DNA from: Oikopleura dioica
Taxonomy: Eukaryota; Animalia; Chordata
Assembly: GCA_907165135.1 (NCBI GenBank)
Contig: OU015569.1
Coordinates: 2,790,001 to 2,854,000 of the forward strand
Direction of reading: 5' to 3'
DNA length: 64,000 nt
Numbering within the stretch: position 1 is the stretch's first letter; every line of letters begins with the position of its first letter. Position numbers and translations under genes: made by a program. Shown piece after piece: positions 37,053-53,300 of this stretch. The notes beneath the pieces were generated by a model. It ran no database searches. It saw only the letters and a list, made by a program, of their open reading frames with translations, and was not told the origin of the DNA.

Positions 37053-37623
37053 GCAAGTGACTTTTGAAGTAGCTTTGGACTTAATCTGTTAACTACCGTT
37101 CTGTTTGGGCTGCACTTATAAGTGCCTCGAAAACGGGTAATGTCAGGATCAAGAGTATTTAGCTCTCTTTCGAACAAACAAGCTGACGAGAGAAGCAAAT
37201 GTCTATTTTTCGACGGAGCTAGTATTCTTTGACTTTCAGCTACTTTGGAACGAGATAATAGTCGAAACGAGTATTTAAATAAAAGAAAAGTTTGCGCTCG
37301 GACGAACTTTAATAAAATATTTGATCCTCGGCGACGAAAAAATCGAGCAAAATACTTTCTTTACAAAATGACGCCGGAAGTGGCCGGAAACGAACGTGAC
37401 TCGTTAAATGTTGTCTTCATGATCAATAGTTAGAAATTGAAAGCTGATTCCGTCTGAACTTTTTACGAAAAAGTCCATAACTCGTCAATATTTGAAGCTG
37501 TCGTGATTTTTGTTCTATCGGCCTCGTAGCTCTGACGTTTTCATTGCAAGTGCGCAATTTATTGGCGCCATGAAATATCTTCCACAAGAGCAAATTCCTC
37601 CATCACTACTCTTGAAAAGAATT

Positions 37624-38173
37624 TCATTCTATTTCACTTTCTATGACCGCTGCCTGGGACATATAGCTATCAAGCTCAGCGTCAAGGCCACCTTTCGTCT
37701 TCTTCATGTATTCGGCAAGCTCGTTGTCTAATTGTTCCTGCGTTCTTGGCACGGACTTTTGAGTCTTCGCTTGTTTCTTTTTCTGTGCCGTCTTCTTCTT
37801 GGGCGTCGTCGTTTGACTCTTTTGGACTTTGCCAGAATTCGCGTTTTTCTTCGTCTGTTTTTTCTTTGACTGCGTTTGCGCCTTCGAGCCTTGATTGTAG
37901 CCTTTTGATGCTGTACTGTTATTCTGTTTTCTTTGGGCTGGCTTCTGATTCTTCTTTCCCTGCTGGGGCTGGGTCTTCAGGTCCATTAACTGTCTGCCGG
38001 ATAAAAATAGAGTCGTAATTCTTCAACCTTTCAAACCTGTCGATGTCTTTGATCATGCTCTGCGACTGGCGAATAATCGCCGCTGCCGCCTGAGGAGTCA
38101 TTTTAGTCTTCTGAGATCCGGTGGGGGTCTTCTTTGCTGTTTGTGCATTTCTGTTCCTTCGAATTCTCACCAT
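37624..38173 (-). CDS. CHTOP: CHTOP/FoP-like protein, 2 exons
   Basis: C-terminal duplicated motif RTQEQLDNELAEYMKKTKGGLDAELDSYMSQ matches the CHTOP FoP duplication. One GT-AG intron puts MVRIRRN... in frame. Confidence 0.68.
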
Positions 38174-38283
38174 GATTTTCTTAACTAAAAGACGGTTATT
38201 TTTCAATCGGTAAATCTCGAAGAATGAATAGTCGAAAATGAACTTTTTTCTGTTGAAGAGAATAAATTAGGAAAAGCGAAAAG

Positions 38284-39349
38284 TTATTCCACCGTGACGA
38301 CGTCGCCGTATTTATTGGTCGCTGTTTTCCGTTTTAGAAAGTTTGAATCGCTGCCCTCCGATTTCAAATACATTTTCATCTCGTCGGCCATAATATCTTG
38401 CTGCTGCGATTTGTGGTATAAGTCGGAGTACGAGTTGTATCTTTCAAGCGTTCAGCAATTTTTTCAAAAAATAATTATCATAAAATGATTAAAAAAATAA
38501 ACTGTTGCTGGACTTTCCTTGGAGCCTCCGGTTTTGGCGCTGGAGGAGGTGGAGTTTCTACAACAGGGTTAGATACTGGCGTTTCTTCGAAAACATAATT
38601 CTGTGAAGTTTCTGTTTCTTGAATTTTGTCCGTCTTCTTTGGCGAGCCAATGCCGTAGTCATTGTACTCGGCCTCAGCCTTCAAATCAGAATAAGAGCGA
38701 TATTGATTGTCGTCCTTGCTTCTTCCAATCGGTTGCGCGGGCGAGTGCGAGGGAGCATTGCTCGATTGAGCTGCTCCTGGACTCGTTTGGACAATCAAAT
38801 GCGGCATATTCGGATTGTTGTGCTTGTAGTTTTGCGCGTATTTCTGAGCGAGCATTTGGCGGATTTGATCCTTAGCGGGCCCATCAGGGTGCACACGCTC
38901 GAATTCTCCCGAAAGGAAGTCTTCCTTGAGCATATTTCCCACTTCATGGCCACCGTACAACACGCGCGCTGCCAGCCCAGTCATCATCGCTGCTCCTACA
39001 GTGACGCCACGAGACATTTTTTGAGCGAAGCCCGAGCGAAGCAGCGCCCCGTACGAAATCGTCGACACTCCTGCTGGCACGACGAAGTTCGTAAATGCAT
39101 CGAGTCTTTTTTCGTAATGCTAAAAAAGAGAGTTTCAGAACGCCCTTCCTTGATCTTGAATTCAAGTGCAGAATTCGCCATGCAAAGATTGATTTATTGT
39201 CCTAACATTTAAAAGCATGCATTTTTAAAATTGCCTGGGAAGAAAGAGAAACGAATAAACAACTGCGTAACTATCAAGAAATGACTTGTTTGCCTTACCG
39301 CATAAATTCTGAATGCAGCTTTGTTATCTTCCTCTCGACTTTGTGACAT
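38284..39349 (-). CDS. OCIAD1: OCIA-domain protein (Asrij/OCIAD1-like), multi-exon
   Basis: Two hydrophobic segments (FVVPAGVSTISYGALL; VTVGAAMMTGLAARVLY), a low-complexity tail with SYSDL repeats, and terminal NKYGDVVTVE*, similar to the NKYGD end of OCIAD1. Confidence 0.7.
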
Positions 39350-39979
39350 ACTGAAGCTATGCGACTGTAATCGAAGATCCAACAAGCAGATATCAACCAA
39401 CGGAAGGACGGGATATAATTCTCCGCTTTTCCGTGTTTATTAAACTTTTTAAGCTTTGGCAATAACGTAATATTTAATTGATTTGAAGAGACATAAGGAC
39501 AAAGGCCTAATTTCAGGATAATTGGATGTTGAAAATGGACATTAGTTTTCCTAGTGACTTTCGGTAAGTGATTTTGAAGAGTTTTCGGTTGAATTTGAAC
39601 ATGTTTGATAAAGAAAATCACAGTACAATAATTTTGATTATTTGCCTAAGTGCCGAAAACGGCTCAAAATAAAAATAGGAAGAACTTCTCACAACTTGAA
39701 TTTTGTAAATTTGAAATTTACGTTTCCTGTTGCAAATTGGATCGTATCCTCCTGCGAGTTCCATCAATGATGAGGAAACGCTCACATGGAGGATGACGAG
39801 TTGCCTCATCTTGTGAGTATTGATGGTATTACTTCGGAAAAATGAGACGAGAGTAAATGACATAAGAGACAGAGAGGTTTTTTGAACTCAACGACATAGT
39901 AGTTGTTTATTGGACTGATTTATCGTTTCGTGTATTTTTAGGGATGCGTGTGGGTGTGTGTGGTAGTGTTTCGGTTTGT

Positions 39980-40991
<1,012 letters not shown>

Positions 40992-41451
40992 TTCTCTGAA
41001 AAAAACCAATTTGAAATTAAAAATAGTGATGATTCCGGGAAGTTGAATCACCGAGGAGATCGTCTAGGGCGGTAGAACCACAAAAGAGGGGGCATTATTT
41101 CGAATTTAGAAAAATAGGTTTTTGTAGCCACCACAGTGAATGCTCACAACCAAAGTGACTCATCAAAAGGAATCAAGATGGAATTCAGATGCCCTCTTTT
41201 TGGTGCAGTTACCTACCCTAAACTCTCCAAAACAAAGTAAGAACTTGAAAACAAGTTTTTTGTCGAACTTTGAGGAATGGTGGAAGAATGTTTTTTTTAG
41301 TTTGAAGGGGATGAATAACGACTCCGTCAGTGCATTGACGGAAAAATACTTGACATGTCATATGAAGCGGGTACGAGCGGCAAAAGTTCAGGTTGGAGAG
41401 GGAAGAAACTTTGTGTGATTTTTCTGGTAGAAAGAAGGCGAAAGAAGTAAA

Positions 41452-44400
41452 TTAGCGAAGTAAATTGCACTTGGACAGCTTTTGTTTGTAGCGAGCGTAA
41501 ATCTCGGAGGTATAGTCGATAATTGCGATAGCTCGCCTGTCTGAGAGCTCTTCAGATATTCCCGACCTATTTCAACAATTGAACGAAGAGTATTTTATGT
41601 TGCTTGCTTGCCTGGTAGCCACTAAAGCATTGAAAATAATATCTAAATCTTCTGCAAGTGTTTTTGTCCGCTTCCCAGCCGTGACACTTGTGAGAGTGGG
41701 AGGTTGTTGGGACTGGCTCTTATCGGTGAAATTCTCGGCGCTCGACAGGCGATAAAGGAGGTCTTTCGTTTCGTTTTGAATCGGAGAACTCAGCTTCGCG
41801 AAGTTCCCATTAGCCGCGTGCTGCAGGCTCTTGGCGACTTGGAGAAGGACCTTCTGGCCGACCATTGTTGGTGCTGCCGGAGCCAGGTCATAAATAACCG
41901 GAGTGGTGAGTGCAGCTGAAATGTAGCGCAAGAACAAAAAGTTGGCGATGACTCTCTCCGCCAAATCTGCCGACGATGGCCATTTCTTTTGGACGCCGAT
42001 GCGCGTTTGAGCCAAGATGTAGCGGATTTGCTTGGATATCATCGGTTAGATAAAAAATCGATGAGCGAGCTCACTCACTTTTGGAAAGAGATCAGCGGTG
42101 TTATTCATCGAGCAGAGAGCTTGCAAGACGTAGTCGGAGACGACTTTATCCATTTTGGGCGGCTCTCTGTTCAGCGCGGCGATCTCTGTGACTAGCTCTT
42201 TGAGTGAGAGTGCGAGAAAGTGACTGCATGTGAGCCGAATCACGGACTCGACCACGGCTGTGAAAAACGTGTTGCCCCGCCATAAGCTGGCGGCGTCAAG
42301 GTTCTTATTATGGCTACGCACAAAAACACAAAGCATTTCTTTCTTCATCGAAATTTCAAATCGAAAGCAAAAGAAAGTCGAGGTGAAATCAACGAGGACT
42401 ACGACCTCTGTGTGTTGGTCTTTTTGAAAAATTAAGAAAATGACGGGAAAGGATATTCGGAAAAGTGCGCAGCCTGCCTTCTCAAGTTCACGTTCGAGCA
42501 GCGCAATACAAAACAAAGTGTCAAGTCGGCACACCCTGTATAGCCGCACCGTAGCCAAAGCGACCTTGCGCAAATCAACTTCAACCGCTGCGCCCTGTGT
42601 CAATGATTCGGACGCACTTCCGAACGCGCAAAGCACACTCATTTCTCATACTTTGGATCATACTCGCAAATCTTCGAATTTTTCACTCTAGGAGTCTTGT
42701 TGCAAAGATGTTTAGCTAGTGATCCATTCCTGAGACGAGCAAATCGAACAAACGCTCAAACTCTTCATCTGGTAACAGAACACGGAAATCGAGACGGACG
42801 GTGAATCTCAACTCGGCGCCGACGATTTCTTCACCTGCCTAGAAATAACAGGTGGATATTACGTAAGTATCAGTTTGTGAACTTATGCGAAGAGCGAGCT
42901 TCAGTCATTCTGATCAAAGTTCAACCTGTTTTGTTTAATCAAAATCAACGTTCGCCTTTTGCAAGATTATTTACTACTGATTTAAAACATTTAAAAAGCG
43001 ACAGACCTGATAAGTCGCGACAGGAAGCGACGTTGTCGTTATTGCTTCACCATCAGATGGTTCCTCCTCGCCGCAGCAATGGTGAACGGTGGCGAAGGGC
43101 TCAGAACTTGACGAGTTGGCTTTGCGGAGTATAAAAGATGCCGTTTCGGGAAGACTCGAGATCACCGGATAGTCTTATTTTTTTATTAGTTTCTCTAACC
43201 ACCGACATAATAAAAAGAAGTTTAAAGATTTCAATTCAATTTAACTGAAACAACAAGAAATGACGAGAGGGAAAGTAATTTTACGGGCATTTTTTTCAGA
43301 GTATGCGCTCGTATTTTTACTTTTTGTTTTAACGATATCTCTCACCTTCAGCGAGATGCCAGTGCGGATCGGGACCATTTTGCGGCAAGGACCGACCCAC
43401 GGGGATTCCGTCGAGACAGATCAGACAGTCCAAAGCCTAAATAATCGACATAAGCTTATAATCTCTCGACGTATATTGTAAATAACTCAGAGCGGAAAGG
43501 ACTTATGCCAAACTTCTGTAGAAGTTAATACGATTTAGCAGTCTTTGGTTTAAAAATAGAATAAATGCTTGAAGGCTTATTTTGAATTTAAAAATAGATG
43601 AGTTACCTAAAGTATTAGTTCGGGAGAGAGTAGACATTCTCGAGATAATGATAACTCTCTCGATCTGTAGCTTTCTTTATCAGAGGGAATTATCTGATTG
43701 GATGAGTAAACTGTGCCGTTTCTAACCAGCCCAGCTAGGGAATATCAATATTTACTAACTCACTTGCTCGTGCCGTGCCTACGTGACCCTACTCCGCACT
43801 TGATCATATTTTGTAGATTTTTTACCAGCCCTAAGTCTGAATTTTAACAAATTTTACGACAGTGGCAAGATATCAGTATCACAGCCATGCAAAGGTCAGC
43901 GATGGGAGAGAGAGGGAGCTGCCAGTCAGCCGAAAACATCGACGAAAAGTTGGATAAAATTCGGATTTACCAGAACTAGTGCTACTTCAGCAAAACTCAT
44001 TATTGACAAGAAAAAAAATAATACTGTCGCATTAAACTTCGGAATCCTTACTACTAAAACAGAGCTATTCAATTTCAAACTACAGTTAACGACTTTCATT
44101 GTTCCCTTAATCATAATGATATTAATTTAATATAGTACTATCGTAATTACTAAGGTATCAAAAATTTTGCTGGGATGACTCTGTTAAAAATATGAACGAG
44201 GTAATTTCTTGTAAATACCTTCTAAACGAATTTTTCGGCCAGTTTTCATTAAAATAAATCTCGGAAAATCACAGTGACGAGCGCTCTACAAAGGGGTGAC
44301 GATCACGCGCAAAAAGGTGAGTCAAGTGAAGTGTAAGCTGAGTCTCACTGCTGTATATTTTTCTTTCTACTCTTTGATCTTTGATTCACCTTATATAAGT

Positions 44401-46480
44401 TCTAGCTCTGGGGGTCTTAGTACGCATTGTATTAGAATTAATAATATTAAAAAGAATTACCTTAACTGGCAGACCCGAACCTCCATGTAACGCAACAGAG
44501 ACACTTCGTCTGATTTGAATTTGGCTCTTCCGCTGGACGATCAATTTGTCGAGCAAATTTGACCAGTCGAGACACTCTTCTGTTGTATCAAACGCTAGGT
44601 ACTTGATCCACGTCGAATTCAACAAGTCAGAGTTCTTTCTCGAGTTTCTAATTAGCGCTCAAAATTTTGGAACTCTTCGTTGATATCAATCAGAAAACAT
44701 TATATACTCAATATTCTCATATTTTTGTAATTTTGAAAATATTGACAAAGAGGCGGAAAGACTCAAGGTCAGGAGCGAGATTTTGCCGAATAAGTCGTCG
44801 ATAAGGCACATTACAGTCGCCACTTTCTGACCTTGGTCGCCTTAGAAACCTGCCAGATCGGAGTGATGGTTGTTGATGACTGTTCTTTTAGGTGCATAAC
44901 ATAGTTTTTATTATAGATAACTGAAGATAATAAGTAAACACCAATAACCTAAGACTTCTTTATTGAACAACGAGTTGCCGCATTTCGCAAAAGCGGAGGT
45001 CTCATAATGCAGCTTGTGCACGACCTTGGGCCGTGATTTTTTCTCATGCTCGAAAAGAAGAAACGTAAGCTGATCTTCGTCTCTCTCACGATCGAGACGC
45101 GCCCAAAAGCGCTTCCAGCTCCCATGAGGCAAATCTGTCAACGGGTTTTTTCCCGAGTAGACTCGTAAAAAGCCGCTCTTCTGGGTCTTATCATGGTTCA
45201 TTTTCATCTCAATCAAGAAGTTCCAAAGACACATATCTATATTACTATAAATTCTAAGAAGCCGACAGCTCAGAATGATTTACCAAGACATATCCGACTC
45301 CGTGTTAACTTCCTCAGCTGTATTTTATTGCCAGTAAGAAGCGAATAATATTGAGCCAAATTAATGTACCCTTTTGCCTTTACGCACAAAAGAATGATCC
45401 TCTCTCGAGTGCGTCTAAATAAATGGGAAGAATAAGAATAATAATAGAAGAAGAGTAAGATGTCACTTTCACGCTTTTATATCAAAGTTATTGTTATTCC
45501 CAAATAAACGCAAAATTCAACCATCTCCTTCACGTTCGAGGTAGAGCTAAGTTTTCGATCTCTTTTGGGATCTGGAATGAGAGGCGACTTCGGTGGAATT
45601 TGAAGCGGAAAGGTAAGATAAGAGCCTTCTCGAACCTGCCGCGTCTCGTATCTCTGGATGAGATCGTTCATCGAATCAAACGTTCGTCCTCCAAAAACAA
45701 TTCTTCCAGAAGCATTGCGCTCAATTCGCATCTTCTCTATGCTCTTGCTTCCTCGCAAGAACAAGGTGTAAAATCGGGAAGACCCTTGCTGCGGTATTCT
45801 ATCATCTGACGGGCGAATGAGAAATGTTCCGGCGCGAACTTTCGGCCCTTTTAAAATCTCTACGATTTCGTCTTTTCTACGTTCGTTGTTGAACCAAGAA
45901 TGACCAAGCAGCGGATCAGAGTCTTCATCGAGTGGTTCAATCAAATCGGCAAAGACGGCGCCGTGTTTGCCCGTCAGCAGCGACTCTGCCCAAATCCATT
46001 CAGGCTCGGACTCCTGATGGACGATCAGAATCTCGCCGAATTGCACCGTGAGCTCGTCCGTTTCTGGATCCGCGTTGTACGGAAACTTGCAGCGCACTCG
46101 CTTTGGGACATGCAACACAGGCGGGTTAATTGGATTTTGCAAGCTTAAATCCTTAAATGTCAGTGACGAATAAAGCAGCGGGTAGCGCTTACATGGGACG
46201 GGAAGAGCGGCTGGCTCATGTAGTTCTCGATCACCGATTCGAGGTTCGAGTAGACACTGCTTCCGATGCAGATGGTGCCATATTTTTGCTCTAACACGAA
46301 ATGGTGGGCTTTCTTGTCCGGGCCGACTACGGACAAACTAAAATGTCCAGAGTTGTCGCCAGTTTGCCGAACAAGAAACGATCCGGGCGGATACAGGTTG
46401 AGAAGTTTCTCGGCGCCGCTTCTGTCCAAACTCGCGTGAAACCATTGATCCCTACTGCTACGTTTCGCTTTTTCGATCAT
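41452..46480 (-). CDS. RASA1: p120 Ras GTPase-activating protein (SH2-SH3-SH2-PH...RasGAP), multi-exon; start approximate
   Basis: SH2 (WFHASLDRSGAE...GSFLVRQT), SH3 (RVRCKFPYNADPETDEL), SH2 (GTFLIRPS), PH (KSGFL...WKRFWARL), and RasGAP motifs (LWRGNT; ANFLFLRYISAALTTP; KSLQHAAN). Confidence 0.9.
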
Positions 46481-46717
46481 CTTCTCATCTCTGGAAGCCT
46501 TTCAGTCTTAAGCTGGAGGATAACAATTTAAAGTATTTGAAGAAAAATAATAATTATTCTATAGTTTTGTCAAAGAAGAAAAAAATGCTAGAATCAATAA
46601 TACAAGAAGTTGCTATTTTGTTATTGTATCATCAGGTAATTCATAAATATATAAATCAGAAAACGGTGGACTGGTTCAAAATTGGTTACATGAAAAAAGA
46701 GGTACTCTCGCTGCTTC

Positions 46718-47255
46718 TCATTCGCGCTCTAAGTGGATCTGGTCGCCGAACTTGGCGTAAAGCTGCTTCTTGAGTCCGTTCATCTCGTCAACGATTGTCT
46801 TTTTGTTGAGCTCGTGCTTGGCCAACTCTGCCTTGAGGTTTTCTTGCTCGGCAACTGTTAAAGAAAAAAAAAGGTAAAGGATGTGAGCTGAGCTTATGAT
46901 TTGTTACCGATGAGGTCGCCCATATTCTCGCAGGTCTGGAGGAAAAAGCATTCGCCAATTTTGAAATGGACTGAATAGAAGTCAGATTAGTCGATCCCCA
47001 GAGATAGGGTCACTCACCCGGCGCCTCATCGTCAGTAATTTGCAGCTCCTCAACGATTTCGTTTGCATCAGCAATGTCCTAATAAAAGAAGACGCATTCA
47101 AATCGGCTTAAAGAATACTTGATTACCTTAACGATTTTTGTACGCTGCTCGATCATTTGGTCAACTTCCGTGAGCTGTCCATTCAGTCGAGAGAACTTGT
47201 TGATCTTTTCCTGGTCTTCTCGGAGAACTTCAATGTTGTCAGTTGGCTTGGGCAT
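46718..47255 (-). CDS. PFDN4: Prefoldin subunit 4, multi-exon
   Basis: EVLREDQEKINKFSRLN, FKIGECFF, LKKQLYAKFGDQIHLE. Confidence 0.92.
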
Positions 47256-47706
47256 GTTTCTTCTTTGAGGCAATCTGAAGAATTTGAAATGAAATAAAAA
47301 CCGACGAAATTGGCGCAGCTTTTAACTATTTCATTATTGGCAGTCGAAAAAATAGAGTTGGGACAGTCAAAAACTAATCAGCTTTTTTCGCCACTCCAGT
47401 CCCTTCATCCCTTTATACAACAAAAGAATTCACTAGAATTGACGAAAAAAGGCTTGAGGAAATCCACGTCTACAGTAAGACTTGTACAGTATTGAGAATT
47501 AGGAGGTTTTTGACAGGGAACCCATGAGCAAAATATAAAAAAATGACGTTTGATTAACCCTAATTTGCTTTTTATATAAATCATATAAAAAATAATGAAA
47601 AAATTTATATATTTTCGTTATAAACCGGGTTTGTTTTGACTTTTAAAATTTGGTATTTTCCGCGATTTCCTGGATTTCAGTATTTTTTTTTAATTGTTAA
47701 AAGCAA

Positions 47707-48015
47707 TCAGCCGAAACAGGCGTTTTCTTTCTCGCAGGCGTCAACCCAGTCGGAGTAGACATCGACCGCCTCGGACAAGTAGTTGATCGTCGTTTGAAAC
47801 TCCTCCATGCAGACGTTGCACTTGATTGCGCCGACTGAGCGCGCTCGATCCATTTTCACTGAGAAAGAGATTGATTGAACAAAAACACTTCTAGAGACTA
47901 GTTCACCTTCGCAGGACTTCTCGTGATTGCAAAAGGGACAGGGGAAGTTTTGGGGCAGTGGCTCGACCAACTTCGTCTTTGGTGGCGGCTTGCGTCGTGA
48001 TCGTCGTCGGCCCAT
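47707..48015 (-). CDS. ELOF1: Transcription elongation factor 1 homolog, 2 exons
   Basis: [26 protein letters not shown]|VKMDR...[30 protein letters not shown]. Confidence 0.95.
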   Translation of the reverse strand: MGRRRSRRKPPPKTKLVEPLPQNFPCPFCNHEKSCEGELVSRSVFVQSISFSVKMDRARSVGAIKCNVCMEEFQTTINYLSEAVDVYSDWVDACEKENACFG

Positions 48016-48318
48016 CTTAATCAAACTGGATGAGATCTTTTTCCTGGTGGGCTTTCTTTTCAGTAGGACTTGTAGTCAATTTTGTGAACTTGTGAAAAAA
48101 TAGAAAGGATTAAGTGGTTACATGGCACGACGATATAGTAAGAATACAAGAATACGGAATAATTTGCTGGCCGTGGACAAGTCTCTGTGCGTGTTTTTCA
48201 TTTTCGACTGTTCATTTTTCATTTTTTGGAATAGTAAGTACGTGTATAATAAAAATAGAGAAAATGTGAAGAAGTAAGTGCATTGGCAATTGTTGAAAAG
48301 TTGTATTGTTCATTTGAT

Positions 48319-49214
<896 letters not shown>

Positions 49215-49289
49215 TCATTCAACTCCACGTCTAAAAACTATATCGCTAGAATCAAACTTGGAGAAAGAAAGGAGAATGGCAGAATATTT

Positions 49290-50266
49290 CTATGCTTGCA
49301 TGACAGGTCTGTACATCTTTGCAGCGAGCCCTTCGTTAGCAGAGGCGAATCCAGTGCCTCCACGCCGCAGAGGGATGAAATCTGTGCTCTTCAACGCTAC
49401 GTCTCCGATCGGAAAGATCATATCTTTAAACGTCGGTTTAGAAAGAAAATGCAAACTCCGCAAGTACCTTTCTTCATCACATCAGCTGCCTTTGAAGTTA
49501 CGACATCTCCAGTTGGCTTGATAACAACACAGGCAATCTTGTTCGACAGAATATCGCCTGTAACTGGGCACTTTGAAAAGAAAATCATGATTTTTTGTCC
49601 ACTTTGATTTCAATTTACCTTCCATCTTGACTTGCTAGCCTGTCGCTTTGTTTCGCTCATGGTTGGATCAACTGGAGTGAATTTAATTTTCACAAGTTTC
49701 TTGAGTTTCAAGATCGAGCCAGTCACTGGATCGCGCACTTTGTCGACGTCCTTTTCCTTGAATGCGCTTTCTTTCTTCGTTGTTGGCGCTTTGCTTGCAT
49801 CCCAGAAACTCGCTGTGCCGGATCCGAAACGATCGGTTGCAACATCTCTTGTAGCTATGAAAAACAGTCAAAATAGGGCCAGAATAGAGTCGCCTACATT
49901 CGCCTTTGAAGACTTTTTTGGGGAGCTCTTCTTCGGCTTCTTCTGCTGCGGCCTCTTTTAACTTTCTCTTTTTTGTTTGGGCGATTTTGGTCTTTTGGTC
50001 AAGCATGTAAGTAAGTATGGCTTCTCGATCGTAGATAACTCCCTCTGGAGTAACAACTGGATCCTTGCAAATTTGGAGGCTGAGATTGCACACGTCAAAC
50101 TCGCCGACTGAATCCTTGGAAAGCCTACAATTCAAATGAAAAGGCGCCCTTCTCATAGAACCTGCCTTTTGTTCGCGCTGCCGAAACCTGAGTCCTTCGA
50201 ATCCTTCTGCCGCTCCGCATAACTGTAGAATGCACCTGCTGTATTGTTCTTGCTGTGCCTTGTCAT
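49290..50266 (-). CDS. NOSIP: Nitric oxide synthase-interacting protein, multi-exon
   Basis: MTRHSKNNTAGAFYSY...R|LSKDSVGEFDVCNLSLQICKDPVVTPEGVIYDREAIL; C-terminus RRGGTGFA...YRPVMQA*. Confidence 0.95.
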
Positions 50267-50376
50267 CTGAAAACATAAACGATACTCGACAAAAGTTGCT
50301 TCCAGGGTTGATAGTGTATTCTTTTTTGTTCATAAGTGGCAGTGCAGATAATGAGAAAAGTGGAATAGAATTTGAA

Positions 50377-53300
50377 CTAGATATTTTTCAAGAGCTCTTC
50401 GATAGTGATTTTTTGGCGCACAGCATTTGAATAACCCGCGTTGAAGGCGAAGTAGACCTCGCTGGTGCCAACGCCAGGGTCTATCTTCGCCGGCTCTTCG
50501 ACGACGCCCATGACGGTTTCATCCATTGGATTCTCTTTTGGCAGCGGTTTTTCTCGTTTTGTTTTGGTGATAAAGGCGCCCAGCCCTCCACGGCGAAAGG
50601 TCTTTTTTTCCTCAACTTGTGAATTTATTTTAGAAAAGTGACGAATAATTATAGCAAACCTTTTGGCGCTTTTGGTCGGATAACTGCTTTCAACGCGAGA
50701 CATTCATTCTTTTTCGGTGTTTTCTGAACTGCGGCACCAGTGTTGCTTATATCTTGCAGCGCTTTATTTGTGATTCCTCTGTCCATGGTAAGTTGCATTC
50801 TACGAACTTTTTCGCGCTCGATCTAAATTGCATAAATTTAATAATAACTAATGGAAAAGTTTACCTCAGAAGCGATCAGTAGTTTTGTTTGCTGAGTCAA
50901 TCCTCGTTTTGCCTTTTTACTCTCGTCAGGGAAGCTGGTAATAATTTTTAAGGGTGGCTCAACGACCATGTTGTGGGTCATCGTTTCCTCGTTTTTGACA
51001 CTTTTCAAAGTCAGCCCGAAATCAACAAACGTTCCAACACATTGCTCTAGTAACAGAAGACGATAAACTAATAAATTGCCGATCACTCTTACGAAGCGCT
51101 TGTTGCTCGCCTTTGCTCAAAAGACTAGGATTCACAGATCGTATGTTCGGCTCAAGCATCGACAAAACATTGGGCAGAGCATTGATAAGCTCAAAGCCGA
51201 TGAAACTCTTTCGCGTGACCATATTCAATCCGTTACGAACACTTTCTAGGAGATTTTCTCTGACCATCTGTTTTTGTCGCATCTCCCACGAGACATTTTG
51301 TGGCTTGAGAACTCCCTCTACCTCGGAGTTCTGGGCAATGTTGTAATGGACGCCTGCAACAGCGTAAACCTAAATTGAATTTTATGATTTCGATGTATTT
51401 CTTTTATTCACCTTTTCAGCTTCTAGTGCATAGTGCTGATTCTTCTGCACAAACTGGGTCATTTGATCAGCCCAGCCATACCAATCGCGCGATTTGTAAA
51501 GCTGTTCCATGGAACTTGGTGCTCGAACTTCGCCGCACAGTTCAAATGTATTGCTCAAAAGCTTGTCAGTTTCTCCGTACTGTCTCGCTATGTCTGAAAT
51601 CGTCAGATATAAATTATGTTAACATTAGGTCTGGCATTACCGATGACATTCTGGAGCCGGTTTGTTTTATTCTTTCCGACGGCTAGAATCTCTTTGAGTG
51701 CGTATTGAAGAGTTCGCTGCTGATCCTTGCCCATCGAGCATTTTGACAAGTCTTCGATGGACACCGACTTGTCTTCGTTGGCCATCGATAAGAATTGAAG
51801 AGCGTTAATGCAGCTACGAATATCGTCGTCGGACTTTTCGGCTAGCTTTTGTAAAGTTCCTGCTTCCGGCTTGACTTGGTTCTGATCACATACTTCTTGA
51901 AGACGCGCGGTAAGTTTTGAACGATCTTTGAAAGGTTGGAAATAATCTTTTTTGACTGTTTCAGAGAACAATTTTGAACCTTTTCCTATGCCATTGAAAT
52001 TAACAATCAAGGCTTCTTTACGCAACTCTCGCAAAGCTGGAACATACGGATCATTGCAAATGCAAATTATAGGCCGTTTCAATGGGCCGACCTCGTTCTT
52101 TTTCCCTTTCTTCTTCTTGGTTTCCACTGCTTTAATTCGGGAAAGGAGAAATTTCGCTGAGGCGGCATGAACACCATCTATCTCGTCGAGAATAAGACAG
52201 GATGGTTTCTTATTCGACGCGGAGCAGTTTGTAAGAGCATCGTCGACTCTCCGCTTGAATTCAGCGCCCGCACGGTCATCAGATGCATTCATTTCCACCG
52301 CACTAAACGAATCGACTGTAAGATTTTCCCAATAATGAGCCCTACTTGTAGCCGCAATGTTTAGCGGCGACGAAAGCAAGAGTAGTTTTACCAAGGCCAG
52401 GGGCTCCGCAAAGCATCAGGATCTTCATTTTCGGTCTGTCAAGAGGATCTTCTTCATCAATTTCCTCGGCCATGTTCTCTGACCAGGCCTGTTTGAATCG
52501 CTTCTTTTTCTTTTCGTCTTCCGTCATTTTCTTTTGAGCTTCTTCTTTCTTCTTCGCGATAGCAGATTTTTTATAAAACACACACGGATCCCACTTCTTT
52601 AGCCACTTAATAATCGTTCGGTTGATGTATTCGTCTGATAGCAGCTCTGTGTATTTTTTAGCTCGATAGGTACTTGTCCATTCTGTCGTTTGGCCTTGAT
52701 TACTTCTGGCGCCGGAAGATGCACTCAGGGATTTGATTTTCAATGCGTGCATTTCCATTTCTTCTCTCAAGTCGTCTGCTTTTAGCTTGAGTTCGAACAT
52801 CGATTCGCCCAGCAGGTTCATGTCAGAACCTAGGTCTAAAATGCGGGGTGTTTGAAATGTGGAGAAGGGATGGTGGCGCTCAAGTGAACGCGAGCGAAAG
52901 GTGTAGGAGAGGCGCGCTCCACTTTCAATTTGTGTAGTATTTGCGCGCTCTCGCTGCCGGGGGCGCCATGCCTAAAAGGGCGAGGATATGCCCTATTTTG
53001 TCGCTGCATAAGTGACTTTTGCACTGGGCGGGAAGCCTAAAAAGCATTAACGCGCCCTATCCTCTCGGGCCGAGAGTCTCGGCGTGTGATTTTTTGACCT
53101 ACTGTCGAGAATCAGATGCAAATATCACCGGGTGATTTACACAAATAAGTTCCCGGAAGCGTTAAGCTTATTTTCAAATTTATCTACAAGATGATTGGGG
53201 AGACTCCCCAATATTTCATTATTATACCACTATAAAGATTAATTTCTATAGTATTTTTATATAATATTTATTGGATAATTGAAATAAAAAATCAGAATAT

